Below are positions 11,425-25,030 of a stretch of DNA of 64,000 nucleotides, piece by piece (position 1 is the stretch's first letter; each line of letters starts with the position of its first letter). The notes beneath the pieces are model-generated. The model worked only from the letters and a program-made list of their open reading frames with translations. It was not told where the DNA came from and ran no database searches. Source of the DNA: Octopus vulgaris (taxonomy: Eukaryota); assembly GCA_951406725.2 (NCBI GenBank), contig OX597816.1, positions 37,510,001-37,574,000 on the forward strand. The letters are read 5' to 3'. The translations under genes and the position numbers were made by a program.

Positions 11425-12705
11425 TCAGGTCATCCCATAAGTTCTGTCCGAATTTTGAATAAAGAAAACAAGTGATCAAATATTATATTTAATTGAAATC
11501 TAATTATCAATGTACTTTCACTGATTATCTATGACTTTCTTCCATTTATTTACAAGTTTTTTAATCCCATCAACGTAAAACTCTTTTGGTTTCGAAGCGA
11601 ACAACTCTGAACTGTCAGTTTCGATCTCCTCCTGGCTTGCGAAAGTTATGTCATCCAAATGATTTTGTAAACTACGAAACAAATGGTAGTCTGAAGGAGC
11701 AAGGTCGGGAGAATAAGGTGAATGAGGAATGTTTTCCCAACCAAGCTCTTCGATCTTCTGTGATGTGATCTTTGCAGTGTGGGGTCGCGCATTGTCCTGA
11801 TGAAACATCACTCCTTTTCGATTCACTAAAGCGGCTCTTTTTTCTTCAAAGCTTAGTTCAAACGCTCTAATTGTTGACAGTAGACTTGAGCATTGATTGT
11901 TCCATTAGGTAGTAACAATTCAAAGTGAATTACTTCTTTGCCGTTCCCACCAGATAGAGAGAAGAACCTTTTTCCCATGAAGTTCCCTTCTCGGTTGTGG
12001 TTAAGCTTTTTCTCTTTTACCAAGCCACTATTTACGACGTTTAACATTTCGATAGAAGTTCCATTTTTCGTCACCAGTCACAATTCTATCCAAAAAGAGT
12101 GAAATGAGTTCGCGGGAATGGAGAAAAGAGCAGATGTTAACTCGAGATTTGCGGCTGCTTTCAAACAATTCATTAGGCACCCATTTTCCAAGTTTAGGAG
12201 CCTTTCCAAGTTGTTGAAGATGGCGATGAACAGTTGTAGGAATTGAACTAAGCATTATTGCCAATTCTTCAACTGACAATGCAGGATTTTCTTGAAGTAA
12301 TGCCTCAAGGAGCTTATCATCAAACTCAGCTGTTCGATCTTCATCTTTAAGGCTGAAATCTCCACTTTTGAATTTTGCAAACCATCTTCTGTAAGTTCTT
12401 TCATTCAAGCATTCTTTCTCATGAACTGAGTGTATGTTTCGGGTCGCTTCGGCTGCAGAGTTTCCTTTTTTGTACTTGTAGAGCATTATGTGCCTCAAAT
12501 GATCTTTGGATACTGCCAAGTTAGAAAGGGTTTTAATCAAAGACATTTTAATTCTATGATTCTGTATAATAATATTCAATTAGTTTAAACGTACACAAAT
12601 GCATAAAAATAATTTTTAATTCCATTAGACATTCTTACAATACTATTAAATTTCATTCAATTTTTAAAAAATGTAAAATCAGACAGAACTTATGGGATGA
12701 CTTGA
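11425..12705 (-). mobile_element. Mariner transposon, full length with TIRs, frameshifted transposase
   Basis: TIR TCAGGTCATCCCATAAGTTCTGTC at both ends, TA flanks; GKWVPNEL, IVTGDEKW, HQDNARPH, YSPDLAPSDY (D,D34D motifs). Confidence 0.93.
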
Positions 12706-12944
12706 TATATATATATACATACATACATACATACATACATACATACATACATACATACATACATACAAAGTAACAGAAAGGGAGGAATTTCGATTATATA
12801 CATATTTGTATATATATATATATGTATATATATAAATATATATATACATATGCATATATATGCATAAATAGACAGACAGACACACAGCAGATACACAGAC
12901 ACACACTACAGACACACACACAGACACACACACAGAGACACACA

Positions 12945-13093
<149 letters not shown>

Positions 13094-14139
13094 ATAGAGA
13101 TTAAAAGGCAGACAGAAAACTGAATTCAACCAGTAGTTCTAAATTCAATTGAAATAAGAATCTAGCTGTACAGTTCTATGCCCCAGCAATCCCTAACTAC
13201 TGTGCTTCTTCAGGACTTGGTAGTTTTCAAGCCTTTACTGTGCGAAGTCATACTCGGAATAGGATACTGGATTACTCAAGGGGACCTGGAGCAAAGAAAT
13301 GAGAAGTAATCATGTCACAGTTCGCTTAATCTGCTATAGAATATGATATCCTATTATCTTTTTTTAATCTCTTTTCTTTCATTTCAATTCAATTTCTTCC
13401 ATTTTATCTTCATTTTATTTTATCAAAACATTTAAAAAAAATTTTTTTTCTGAAAAATAAGCAAACTCCTCCGCCAAAACTATGGCATTTGCCGTCTGGA
13501 TACTCAATCCTAATTACTGTGGTTCTTATAGCTTAGATTAATTTACTTCTATGCCTCCTCTAAAATCGAGGAAAATCCGATTGCGTAATAGCAGATTATT
13601 GAACATTGAATAAGAATATAAACATTTGGTAAGCTTAATAGTTCTGTGAGTACAGTGAAAAGGTGTTTCAGTTACTATCAGAGTTATTATCTTAATAGTT
13701 AAGATTAAATTCAGTCAAATTGCAGACTGTAAGGGAAACGATGGAATTAAGTAAAGGTTTATCGAAAATCCATCTGGCAATATATCAGGTCGAGAAGTGA
13801 GTTCGAAAATGTTAGGCAGAAATCCAAAAGCATTATACCTTGCTTGGTAAAGATCGCTAAATACAGGAATTAAGGAGGATCACTCGATTAGTTTTAATTT
13901 GGATGTCGACCAAAATATTAAATGAAAGCAAATACCATCTTGAAATTTAATATCATAAGAAAGAATTAACTGGAAATTATCCAGCATTAAGGTAAGTAAA
14001 CTAGACTAGAATTATATGAAACGATGGTATTCCATGTAAAAGTTGGCTACAGCATAGGAATCTTAGTTAAGCCGTTTGTAAGCAAAAGAGCACAAAACAT
14101 TTTGCATACTCCAACACTTTAATTAGATATTTAATTTTT

Positions 14140-14446
14140 AGGAGTGGCTGTGTGGTAAGTAACTTGCTTACCAGCCACATGGTTCCGGGATCAGTCCCAC
14201 TGCGTGGCACCTTAGGCAAGTGTCTTCTACTATAGATCGGGCCGACCAAAGCCTTGTGAGTGGATATGGTAGACGGAAACTGAAAGAAGCCCGTCGTATA
14301 TATGTATATGTATGTATGTGTGTCTGTGTTTGTCACCCCAACATCACTTGACAACCGATGCTGGTGTGTTTACGTCCCCGTAACATAGCGGTTCGGCAAA
14401 ACAGACCGATAGAGTAAGTACTAATGAAACAAGTAAAAGAGTAAAA
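14140..14446 (+). mobile_element. SINE family A (internally deleted tail)
   Basis: Same head and body as 851-1308. Confidence 0.8.
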
Positions 14447-14515
14447 GTTGTTAATAATGTACTTGTTGATGATGTTTTTGCTAATACTGTTTTTGACACT
14501 ATTGTTGTTGCTGCT

Positions 14516-14566
<51 letters not shown>

Positions 14567-15120
14567 GGTGGTGGTGGTGGTGGTGGTGATGATGATGATG
14601 ATTGTGTTGTCGTTTTTCACATCCTCCATCCATTTGTTTTCGGTTCGATCCACCATTTCCTATTTGGCTAGAATTGATCTAGGGAAGTTTCCACATGGGA
14701 GGGGTTCACAAAATGGAAGACAAGTAAAGCAGAAAATGATCCATTATGAATTTGGCAGTTGTACGACAAAGATTAAAGAGCAAATCCTTAGTGACTTATA
14801 AAACAAAATAGTTACCGCAGGGTTGCAATGGTTAAAACTGCAACCAGTTTGGCGTGTTGGGTAAATGGATAACAAAGATAAAAGTTGCTTACGTGTGCGC
14901 CCAAAATCCGAAGTTCATTTCTTTTGGTATAGTGCTTCTCGGCAGTATTAGAGGAATCCATTCGCCTGGTAGGTGCCGAAATCTTTGTTGATCTTCGATT
15001 GATATTTAGTGAGGTTTATGTCATGCAACTTGAGCCATATGTGATATATTAGTTTCTGATCTTCTGCACAAGACCTGTTACATAAATAAAACGATAAGCT
15101 GAACATTCAAATGGCACGCC

Positions 15121-15348
15121 TATTTCTTTATTGCCCACAAGGGGCTAAACATAGAGGGGACAAACAAGTACAGACAAACGGATTAAGTCGATTACATCGA
15201 CCCCAGTGCGTAACTGGTACTTATTTACTCGACCCCGAAAGGATGAAAGGCAAAGTCGACCTCGGCGGAATTTGAACTCACAACGTTACGGCAGCCGAAA
15301 TACCGCTAAGCATTCCGCCCAGCGTGCTAACGATTCTGCCAGCTCGTG
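15121..15348 (-). mobile_element. tRNA-derived SINE family B with TSD TCAAATGGCAC (15107-15117 / 15349-15359)
   Basis: Head CTGGCAGAATCGTTAGCA...GAGTTCAAATTCC, core GCCTTTCATCCTTTCGGGGTCG (resembles the Sauria/Meta-type SINE domain), 3' end GCCCCTTGTGGGCAATAAAGAAATA. Confidence 0.85.
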
Positions 15349-15586
15349 TCAAATGGCACACCGCCGTAAGCGTGATAAGGAATGTGTCATAAATGCACCA
15401 CCCTGACGACAACGGAAGTGTATACAATAATTTATAGTCTGCACGCTGTAATGTTGTTATACACAAAAGAATACGGCTAGGATGCATAAAGGAGCCATGA
15501 GACGATTTGCAAATATTCTGAAAAATAAAGCGTATAGAATATGTCTCCTGCCTTGGACCAAAGTTTGGAAGAGCTGTAAACGAATA

Positions 15587-15984
15587 TCTTTATATATAAA
15601 AGAGAAGTTGTGTGTCTGTCTCCTACGATTTAGATTCCTAACTACTCCCACATTTTGCGGTGCAGTTTAACCAAAACCGGGTATCTTATAGTCGTGATTC
15701 ATATCGAGCCCTTCTGGGTATTAGCGCGCGACTACGATGAGTCTACGATTTAAAAAAAAGTTTACCATCATTTTTTCCATTTTAATGCATTTTTTCGCTA
15801 TTATATAAGGGAAGTAACTCTCTAAAAATGTCTACGTTGAGTCAACAATTATTTAAAAATTTACCATCATTTTTTTTTTCCATTTTTAACGCATTTTTTG
15901 TTATTATTTGGCTATAACTCTCTAAAAATGCTTCATATAGTTATTTCCCTTACAAACCCGAGCAACGCCGGGCGATACTGCTAG
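15587..15984 (+). mobile_element. Non-autonomous Helitron
   Basis: A|TC 5' end, subterminal hairpin CCCG..CGGG, CTAG|T 3' end; second copy at 17524-17920. Confidence 0.8.
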
Positions 15985-16275
15985 TAATATCTAAGATAGA
16001 CGAAATACCAGATGTGTGGTAGTTTTAGTTTTAAGTTGGTAAAATCTTTAAAATTATCGTCTCGTTCCTTTTTTATACATATTTTCTAAGATGCTGCCTT
16101 TTAAATTTGCTTTATCTTTATTCTTTTAGAGTAGATATATCAGTCGTATAAGAGGCTCAATTTAATAGATTTTGTCCAACCCCATCAATCTATGACGTTC
16201 TATCAATGTTTGGTGCTGATATTGATAAGGTAGTGAGTTAGCAAAAATTAAAGTACTTCCTGGATCAATATGTTA

Positions 16276-16595
16276 TACGATAAAACGATAAACGTCGCCC
16301 TTTTCAAACCTAGCCAGGCTCATGGGCCCGGTTTCCCGGGTTCTGTGGCGTATGTGTTCCCCCCAGCTGGACGGGACTCCAGTCCATCGAATCGTTACTC
16401 AAGAAACATGAAGAGAGGGTGAGAGAAAGTTGGGGCGAAAGAGTACAACAGGGGTCGCCACTACCCCCTGCCGGAGACTCGTGAAGCTTTTAGGTGTTCT
16501 CGCTCAATAAACACACACAATGCCCGGTCTGCCAATTGAACCCGCGATCCTCCGACCGTGAGTCCGCTGCCCTAACCACTGGGCCATTGCGCCTC
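16276..16595 (-). mobile_element. tRNA-derived SINE family C (tail type 1), TSD CAATATGTTA
   Basis: Head GGAGGCGCAATGGCCCAGTGGTTAGGGC..GGTTCAATT; TSD 16266-16275 / 16596-16605. Confidence 0.82.
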
Positions 16596-17523
16596 CAATA
16601 TGTTACGCACAAGCAATATAATCGAATAGAATTAAGCGTTCTCTACTCATTATTTATAAAAATTTATTTTCATCTTTGTCATAATTTAGCCACGATTAAA
16701 TCGAAGAATGATCTATATTTTTCTCACCTTACTAACAGCATTTTATTAGTTTAAGTTGAAATATATTTCAGCATTCGTTATTTTAAAAACCAAAAATAAC
16801 ATTCACCTGCTTCCCATAACTCTTTCCCTTTTATCCATTTAACACTGTATTGTATTGTTAACTACAAAATGAAGAGAACATTTATTTCTATTTAATTATT
16901 TTTCACGATATAATAGATGGAAAAATTCGCAAATAAACTAGGAAAAATGAAAGGAACCTACAATATACATTCTGCCATTGTTCTGGTAATTTTATTCCGG
17001 TTTATCTGTGCGGCTAAAATCAATACAGATCAAACCTAGCTTAATGAATTCTTGACCAGTCCCTTATACGTTATGCATTCGCTATGACACACGAGTGACC
17101 TCCCTCCGGCTAGAAATGCACATAATATAATTTGACACAATGGGGTTTTGAATTATAAATATAACAGTTGCTGATCTCATATTGGAGCAATGGGTAAAAC
17201 TGAATTCAAGAATGTTTTATTTTACTATCCAATTATTGAAGTTAAAGTCATACATTCATCTTATCTGAAACCAATTCCACAAGATTTGATCATATGGCGA
17301 AAATTGAAATTCGTAAATCTTTATAATCTCCACGCTCTTGGGGACTAAACCATGAATCTTGTAACACGGATTTACTCTTTTAGAAGAGGATAACAATCAA
17401 CCAAATTTCCACTTTAATTTCTAACATATTTCGTAACACACTGAACATCGACCACGAAAATGTTGCTGTTCGAAAATTTTATAACTTTTATAACTCTCAT
17501 TTTATAAGCTTTTTTATATCTTA

Positions 17524-17920
17524 CTAGCAGTATCGCCCAGCGTTGCTCTGGTTTGTAAGGGAAATAACTATATAAGCATTTTTAGAGATGTAAAGTATAA
17601 TAGCCATCTCAATTTGGCTAACCACAAAGGGGGGGTGTTACTGTAGCTTTTTTACGTTCTGAGATTTAATAATAAATTTTTAGAGAGTTACTTCCCTTAT
17701 ATATGCCAAAAATGCATTAGAAATGGGAAAAATTGATGGTAATTTTTTTTTTTAATCGTAGACTCATCGTAGACCCGCGCTAATACCCAGAAGGGCTCGA
17801 TATGAATCACGACTATAAGATACCCGGTTTTGGTTAAACTGCACCGCAAACTGTGGGAGTAGTTAGGAATCTAAATCGTAGGAGACAGACAGCACACAAC
17901 CTCACTTTTATACATAAAGA
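17524..17920 (-). mobile_element. Non-autonomous Helitron (second copy, inverted)
   Basis: Reverse complement of 15587-15984 with the same TC...CTAG termini. Confidence 0.8.
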
Positions 17921-18442
17921 TTTTTTTAAATGTTTGCGCATTCCTTCGTTTTAACTTGATTTCTTAGTGATTCCCTTAGACTAGACTTGATAATTTTTTA
18001 TATCGCCCTAAAGGAGTTGACAAAGTATAGAGCGGCCAAGCGAGTTATCTGTGCTTTGTATCAGTTCACTGATGTAATGATGTTTCCGTGTGCAAGGCAC
18101 ACGTGACCAAAACTCCCGGCTCACCTCATTTTCACTTCACTCCTCCACTGTTGGCAATAGCAATGTGATAACTCTCGTATTGGCTTTTTCCAAGTTGAAT
18201 TTAACTATAACTGGAGTTAAGTTACCTATAATAAAATGGTTTTCGTATCGGACCCGGTTCTTCCCTGAATTAAACGCTTAACTGTATTAAAATTGGGATT
18301 TAGAAAAACTAGAAAAGACCAGAAGTTATTAGTTTAATTAAATTTTATAATATCTTCCAACCTTCAGCGCCTCTATCAAGAGGGCCCAGTTACAACAGGG
18401 ACGGCAAACGATAGGCAGGTAAACAAAAGCGTCATAAATACC

Positions 18443-18655
18443 GGTTTCAAGTATTGGCACACGGCCATCACTTTCAGGGAAGGAGGCAAGTTGATTACAT
18501 CGCCCCCAGGGCTCACTGGTACTGATTTTATCAACACCGAAAGGATAAAAGGCTAAGTCGACCTCGGCGGAATTTGAACTCAGAACGTAAAGACGGACGA
18601 AACGCCGCTAAGCATTTCGCCCAGCGTGCTAACGATCCTGCCAGCTCGACACCTT
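18443..18655 (-). mobile_element. SINE family B variant
   Basis: Shared head and core, different tail (GGCCGTGTGCCAATACTTGAAA). Confidence 0.7.
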
Positions 18656-19018
18656 AAAAATATAAGAAATATTAAGTTCAATAGGCTCATAAATACTAAA
18701 CGCAACTTACAATAGATTCATAGAATCATAAATAATAAGTCCGATAGGTCCATAAATACTAGACTCCCAGTGGACTCACAAAGCAACGGTATCATGAATA
18801 TAAGTCTAATAGTTTCTTTTTTTCTTTTTACGGTCTGTAATAGGCCCGATCTGAAATGTGGGGATGGTAACTAGTTGATTATAGTTCTCAACTAGTCCTT
18901 ATTTTTATCGGCCTCGAAAGGGACAATGCAACCTATAATCAGCGCATTAGCAAAGAAGCATATTTTATCACAAAATATAAACCTATATTATAAAAATATA
19001 ACCAAAAATATAAACCTA

Positions 19019-19189
19019 GGCGCAGGAGTGGCTGTGTGGTAAGTAGCTTGCTAACCAACCACATGGTTCCGGGTTCAGTCCCACTGCGTGGGATCTTGGC
19101 CAAGTGTCTTCTGCTATAGCCCCGGGCCGACCAATGTCTTGTGAGTGGATTTGGTTGACCAAAACTGAAAGAAGCCTGTCGTATATATG

Positions 19190-19246
<57 letters not shown>

Positions 19247-19460
19247 TTGTGTGTCTGTGTTTGTCCCCCTAGCATTGCTTGACAACCGATGCTGGTGTGT
19301 TTACGTCCCCGTCACTTCGCGGTTCGGCAAAAGAGACCGATAGAATAAGTACTGGGCTTACAAAGAATAAGTCCCGGGGTCGATTTGCTCGACTAAAGGC
19401 GGTGCTCCAGCATGGCCGCAGTCAAATGACTGAAACAAGTAAAAGAGTAAAGAGTATAAG
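19019..19460 (+). mobile_element. SINE family A, full length
   Basis: GGCGCAGGAGTGGCTGTGTGG head to GAAACAAGTAAAAGAG tail. Confidence 0.87.
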
Positions 19461-19469
19461 AGAGAGAGA

Positions 19470-21150
19470 CTATTTTGAATGCCTCTACAGATGAAACTAC
19501 TACAAGAATTTTAGAACAATTCCAACCACTACTGCTACAACCGCAACAGGTCACTTTTAGGTCATGTTCGACGTTGGATGGTAATTAAAAAGTGTGTCCA
19601 TATATCTCATGTTTGGATGTGGGGTTTTAGTGGGCCGTCGTTGATAATTATTTCGTGTAGTATGGGTATGTTGTGTGTGGTGGTTAAGTGGATTGTTGGG
19701 ATAAAAGTTATGTTGGTATCTCCTTATGGGGGAGATTGTAATGTCTACCCTGCTGGTAGGGATTTCTTATTTGTCTGTTTGATGTTGGAGTACTCCCGAT
19801 GTTGTGTCGCTGGTGAGTTATGACGTTATGGTTAGAACCTATATTATTATTATTTTTCTTTTTTTGGTAGGAGAGATGGTTCCGTTTTTTAGATAGGTGC
19901 AAACCAGAATTTGAGTTTTGCTTTGATTTTCTTATTTCTAGGAAAGGCTGTCTGGAAGCGTATTTTGTTTGAAAGGTAGTTTCATAGTTTTTGATGACCT
20001 AAAAGTGATCTATTGTGGTGGTAGCGGTAGTGGTTTGAACTGTTCTAAATTCTTATAGTAGTTTCATCTGTGGAGGCATTCAAAATAGGTTCACATTTTG
20101 TGATAAAGTATGCTTCTTTGCTCATGTGCTGATTATAGGTTGCATTGACCCTGAATTTATAACGGGGGAAAATTCTAAACTTGGGATGTTCGTTAGTGGC
20201 GCAAATATCGATGTGCTCGCTTAATCTTCTTTTTCTGTATTTCTTATTATACACTTGGTTGTAAAAGTCTAAAAGACGGATACAGGTACTAAAATGTACT
20301 TCATGATAAAATTATTTTAGCATTTTCTACCTTGTCTTATTTTCCTTATACATATCAACTCGTGTGTTGCTTTTCTACCTTCTTCATATCATACCCTCAC
20401 ACGAGATACAGAAAATGCCGACAAAAACAGACATAACTACCATAAATGAAGAAACACTGAAAGTACTCAAGAAAATCAACACAGACCTCTTAACGTTTTT
20501 TTTAACAAATTCGACTCGACACGTGAAACCAATCGAGAGAACAATGAGGAAACCGATACGAAAAATACAACTTCCGAAATCGTCGAAAATCTTGGAAACT
20601 TAAGCGAAACAATTAGAACACTCTTCTCAAACAACGCGGACCGAAGACCTCCGAACGAGGAAGCATATGGGATTAATACACTTACAACATACCAAATGAA
20701 ACACCACGTAGTACTACAATGGAACAAATCACTCAGAGACAGAAAGTTTGGCTTTTGGAAGATGATCCAAAACACAACAAAGCAGATATATACGAAAAGT
20801 GGCTTAGTCGGACACTGTTAATTCTTCCCCGCAAACTCCAGATCAAAGCCATTACAGATGAACCTGAAGCGCAAAGATGCCTTGGGGAAAGAATGGCACT
20901 GGAAAAAATGAAGATGGAAATAGAACTTCTAAAATTGAGAGCTCAGGCGGATGAAGATAAAGTAAAATCCATTGATGAAGAATTCGACCAAGAAATTAAC
21001 AAAATGACACAAGGCCCCGACCTAGAGAAGATCTCCAAACTATCGAAAGAGGATTATGAAAAAGAAGAACTGAAATCCCTCCAGCGCTGGGAAAAAACCG
21101 CCACTTGGTTTTCAAACTACGAAACTATCTTTCAAACACAGTGCGCTTCT
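19470..21150. mobile_element. Rearranged Penelope-like remnants: GIY-YIG C-terminus (20045-20230, -), inverted repeat 19470-19565/19994-20088, terminal repeat and upstream ORF (20414-21150, +)
   Basis: LSEHIDIC...F.IFP.Y....E.YFI....P.LN; 20270-20345 matches the 7985-8045 terminal repeat; 19940-19993 (-) matches 21113-21150. Confidence 0.65.
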
Positions 21151-21330
21151 AGTGCTATATACATATATATATATACATATACGCGCGCACTAAGCGATGA
21201 TGAGAAGTTCTTGGCTTTGGGTAAAAGGAAAATACAGGAGAATCAATTAATTATGATTTTAACCAATACATTCCCCTCTCAGATTCACACACATATTGCA
21301 GCGGTCCTTCAGTTTTTCTAAGCCCTATAA

Positions 21331-21478
21331 AAGGACTCGGAAGGTTGAGCCTCCAACCAGGCCTTTCGCGACACCCTTAAAATCACCCTCGTATGTATGT
21401 AGACAAGTAGGTAGGTACGAGGGTGATTTTAAGGGTGTCGCGAAAGGCTTGGCTGGAGATTCAACCTTCCGAGTCCTT
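21331..21478. repeat. Imperfect inverted repeat, ~63-bp arms
   Basis: AAGGACTCGGAAGGTTGA...CACCCTCGTA / TACGAGGGTG...TCAACCTTCCGAGTCCTT. Confidence 0.9.
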
Positions 21479-21897
21479 CATATATGCATGCATATACGTA
21501 TACATACATTGTACATATCTCTATTTATGCACATATAAACTAATTTCATTCTCTTTCTTATATTTGAGCACGTATATATGTAATCCGCTGATTCTCAAAC
21601 GTATCGATAGTAAACATTGTTTTGTTTATAAATAAGGAAATAGATGTTTCTCTATTCCTGGATGAGACACAAGTCTCTAATAATCTTTCTGGGGAATCAT
21701 TGTTACAACGAAAGTAAACTAAAGCTGTATAGAAATACGTTTTTAAATCACATAACAAATTGTCTTCAACGAGTTTTAAATCATAACACTCGTCTTGCTA
21801 ACACAGTAACTTTAACCAATTGGGCTTTTCTCTTATTTCTTTTGTCAAACACACATAAACAGATGGACATATATGTATACACACACAAAGAATCAAA

Positions 21898-21906
21898 CAC
21901 ACACGA

Positions 21907-21965
<59 letters not shown>

Positions 21966-22010
21966 TAGGTATATATATATACATGCATATATATGTATAC
22001 ATACACATAC

Positions 22011-22067
<57 letters not shown>

Positions 22068-22114
22068 TATGTATATATATATATACATGCATATATATGT
22101 ATACATGCACATAC

Positions 22115-22148
<34 letters not shown>

Positions 22149-22164
22149 ATATACATATACATAC

Positions 22165-22245
<81 letters not shown>
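21898..22245. repeat. (CA)/(TA)n compound microsatellite
   Basis: Directly visible. Confidence 0.95.
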
Positions 22246-22246
<1 letters not shown>

Positions 22247-22400
22247 CAGGTTGTGTCTAGAGTTTTTTCAGATGTTCACAGATGATTTTGGCTATTTGTA
22301 TCTCAAAGTTATATCATTAATTTGATATTACTTGTTGCCTGCTCATTGCTGAATTGTTTATATTTTATTTTCATACATAACACACACAAACACACACACA

Positions 22401-22485
<85 letters not shown>

Positions 22486-23530
22486 TATATATTTATATAT
22501 ATAGATAGATATATATATATTGGTTGCTTATTCTTTATTTTACGGTTTTGATAATGAGTGGGGGAAAATTGCTGTCAGAGTCATTTTACGCTGCCTGTGG
22601 GTAGAAAGGACTAAGTGCAAAGGCAATGGCAAAAGAAATTAATGATGTGGAAAGCCCAGGAAATATCAACGAACCTGTGGCACAAAACTGGTTCAGACGT
22701 TTCAAGGACGGTCACGCTAGGCTCGAAAACAAACTAAGTTCAGGGAGGCCTTCGGTTGTGGAAGGTTAGGCCTTGCGTGAAATAGCTGAACAACAGCCAA
22801 GCACAAGCACTCGTGCATTGTCGGCAGAATTTGGTCCTTCACAAAGCATCATCAATTGAAACTTTCATAAGCTCGACCTTGTGAACAGACGCTATTGAGA
22901 AGCTCCACATGAGCTGACCAATTGTAATCCTAATAAGAGAAATCAGTGGCTTCAGAACCCATGGTCAAGCAAGGGCGGTACGAACAGAAGGTCATGTTGT
23001 GTGTTTGGGGGAAATTTAAGTGGGAATTTTGAGCTTTCCCAGATGCTCATACTGTAACGCTAACATTTATGCTCAACAGCTGTAATGAGTAAAGGATGCT
23101 TTGAAAGCTCGCTACCTGGCATTGGTCAATCAAGAACTCGTACTCCAACAGCATGACAATATCCCCAACACGCACTGCCAAGGTGACCAAGCGCAAACTT
23201 AAGGACCTTCAAGGACTGGAAGTGCTGCCTCAGCCTGCCTAGTGTCCAGGCTTTACATCATCAAATTACTACTTTTTCCAAGCTATGGCTCATTTTCTGT
23301 ACGGACAGAAGTTCACCAATGTGAATGAGATTGAAAACAAGTGCAAGGAGCGTTTTGCATCTAAATCAACCAAATGGTATAAGCGCGGAGTTGAGCTTCG
23401 GGCACAACCATGTCAACAGACAATAGAATATGATGAGATATATATTGACGAATAAACATTTTCGTATGTAATTTGTTTGAATTATTAATTAAAGCTTGAA
23501 ATACGAAAACACTTTTGACTCAACCTTATA
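22246..23530 (+). mobile_element. Degenerate mariner transposon
   Basis: WFRRFKDG..LE.K..SGRPS, KVMLCVWG, QHDN..HTA, LPQPA*.PG.TSSNYYFF; degenerate TIR AGGTTG(A/T)GTC..AGT.TTTTC. Confidence 0.75.
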
Positions 23531-23600
23531 CATGTAGGTAGCTAAATAGTTAGACACATAATTCACACACACACATATATACATGTGTGTATGTGTGTGT

Positions 23601-23682
<82 letters not shown>

Positions 23683-23789
23683 GGAATATATAATACTTAT
23701 GTATGTATGTGAACGTGTATATTTATATTGACAGACAGATAGACATACAGACACATACACACACACACATACATACAGACAGACATAAA

Positions 23790-25030
23790 GGAAGTCTTTA
23801 GGATATCTCACTGGTTCACAAGGAAGCAGAAATACCAAAATTACACGCTGTTTCTTTGTGGATGACTTAAAACTTTATGCAAAGAATATGCGTGAGATGA
23901 AAAAGAGCCTTGATCTAGTTACAAAAGAATGTAGGGTTGGAGTTTGGTCAGGATAAATGTTGTTATATGGTTGTGAAAAGGGAGAAAACTATAAACCAGA
24001 CTAGTAGCATCTCCATCAATGATTTTACTCTTTTCCCTGTATCTGATGAGGAATGTTACAGGTATCTGAGGGTGGGTGAAAATATATCTTACAATGGCAC
24101 CTGTAAGAAAACACGTGTCACTAAAGAATATTACAGCTGAAAGAAAATATGGACCTCAGAATTCTCTGCATTCAATAAAATAGTGGCTCACATTTGGGAT
24201 GCTTGATGAGAGCTGAGTCATTGATGTGAAAACCCGACAAATACTAACAAGCACACATAATTTCTACATAAACAGGGACGTAGACCGCCTTTACCTAAAA
24301 CGAACACAAGGCGGCAGAGGCTTAACATCGATCCAAAATGCCTTTGAATGTCGTATCATATTCCTTCGGCAACATCTTTTAACCACCAAGTGTCGAAGTG
24401 CATCCCTTGACTAAGTTTGCATACATGAGGCTGATAATATCATAAGACCTGGAAGGCAGCTCCTTGAGCAACAGTCTTTGTCTAATAATCTAGAATACAT
24501 GCCCAAAGAAGTCGGACGACTCTACGGCAACGTATCATCAGCTGAAAGGATGAGCCTATATCAGCAGAAGACTATGCATGGATATGTTACTAGAAAGCTC
24601 CGTGATGATAGTAACATCGATCATCAAAGCAGTTTATCATGGACCAATAGCCGGGTTACTACCTCCCACTTTGAAGGGTATGCGTTTGCAATCCAGGAAT
24701 AGGAAATAGCAACCAAGTACCTGGTGCACAAAAGGGATAGAGATGCAAGAAAAGCAGTAAAATGTGGAGACTTTGTGAAGTTCACACTAAAGATATTACC
24801 CACATCATAAGCAGTCATCCGAAAATACCATCACGGTATTATCTATCGATGAGACATGACGTTGTATAATGAAATCCGTCGGAAGGATAATTCCAAGGAC
24901 AAAGAAATAAGAACCCACAATATGGTAGAAGCCATAGCCCCTCATAATAAAAAGGAATACTGGTGGAATGTACAAGTGAAGATCTCAATAAAATGTAAAA
25001 GCACAACAGACCTGATATAATGATTTGGGA
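23790..25030 (+). mobile_element. Dong/R4-clade non-LTR fragment (RT C-terminus to RLE), degenerate
   Basis: FFVDDLKLYA, EFGQDKC, DVDRLYLKRTQGGRGL, FAIQE, RHD, HNRPDIMIW. Confidence 0.8.

Noticed and set aside
16947-17400. Signal-peptide-like start with faint ligand-gated channel resemblance
   Set aside because: Stops in all frames and no diagnostic motif
21644-22325. Long YIYI/poly-amino-acid ORFs (also 2185-2619, 7710-7996, 8347-8751, 34922-36619, 46034-47731)
   Set aside because: Translations of microsatellites
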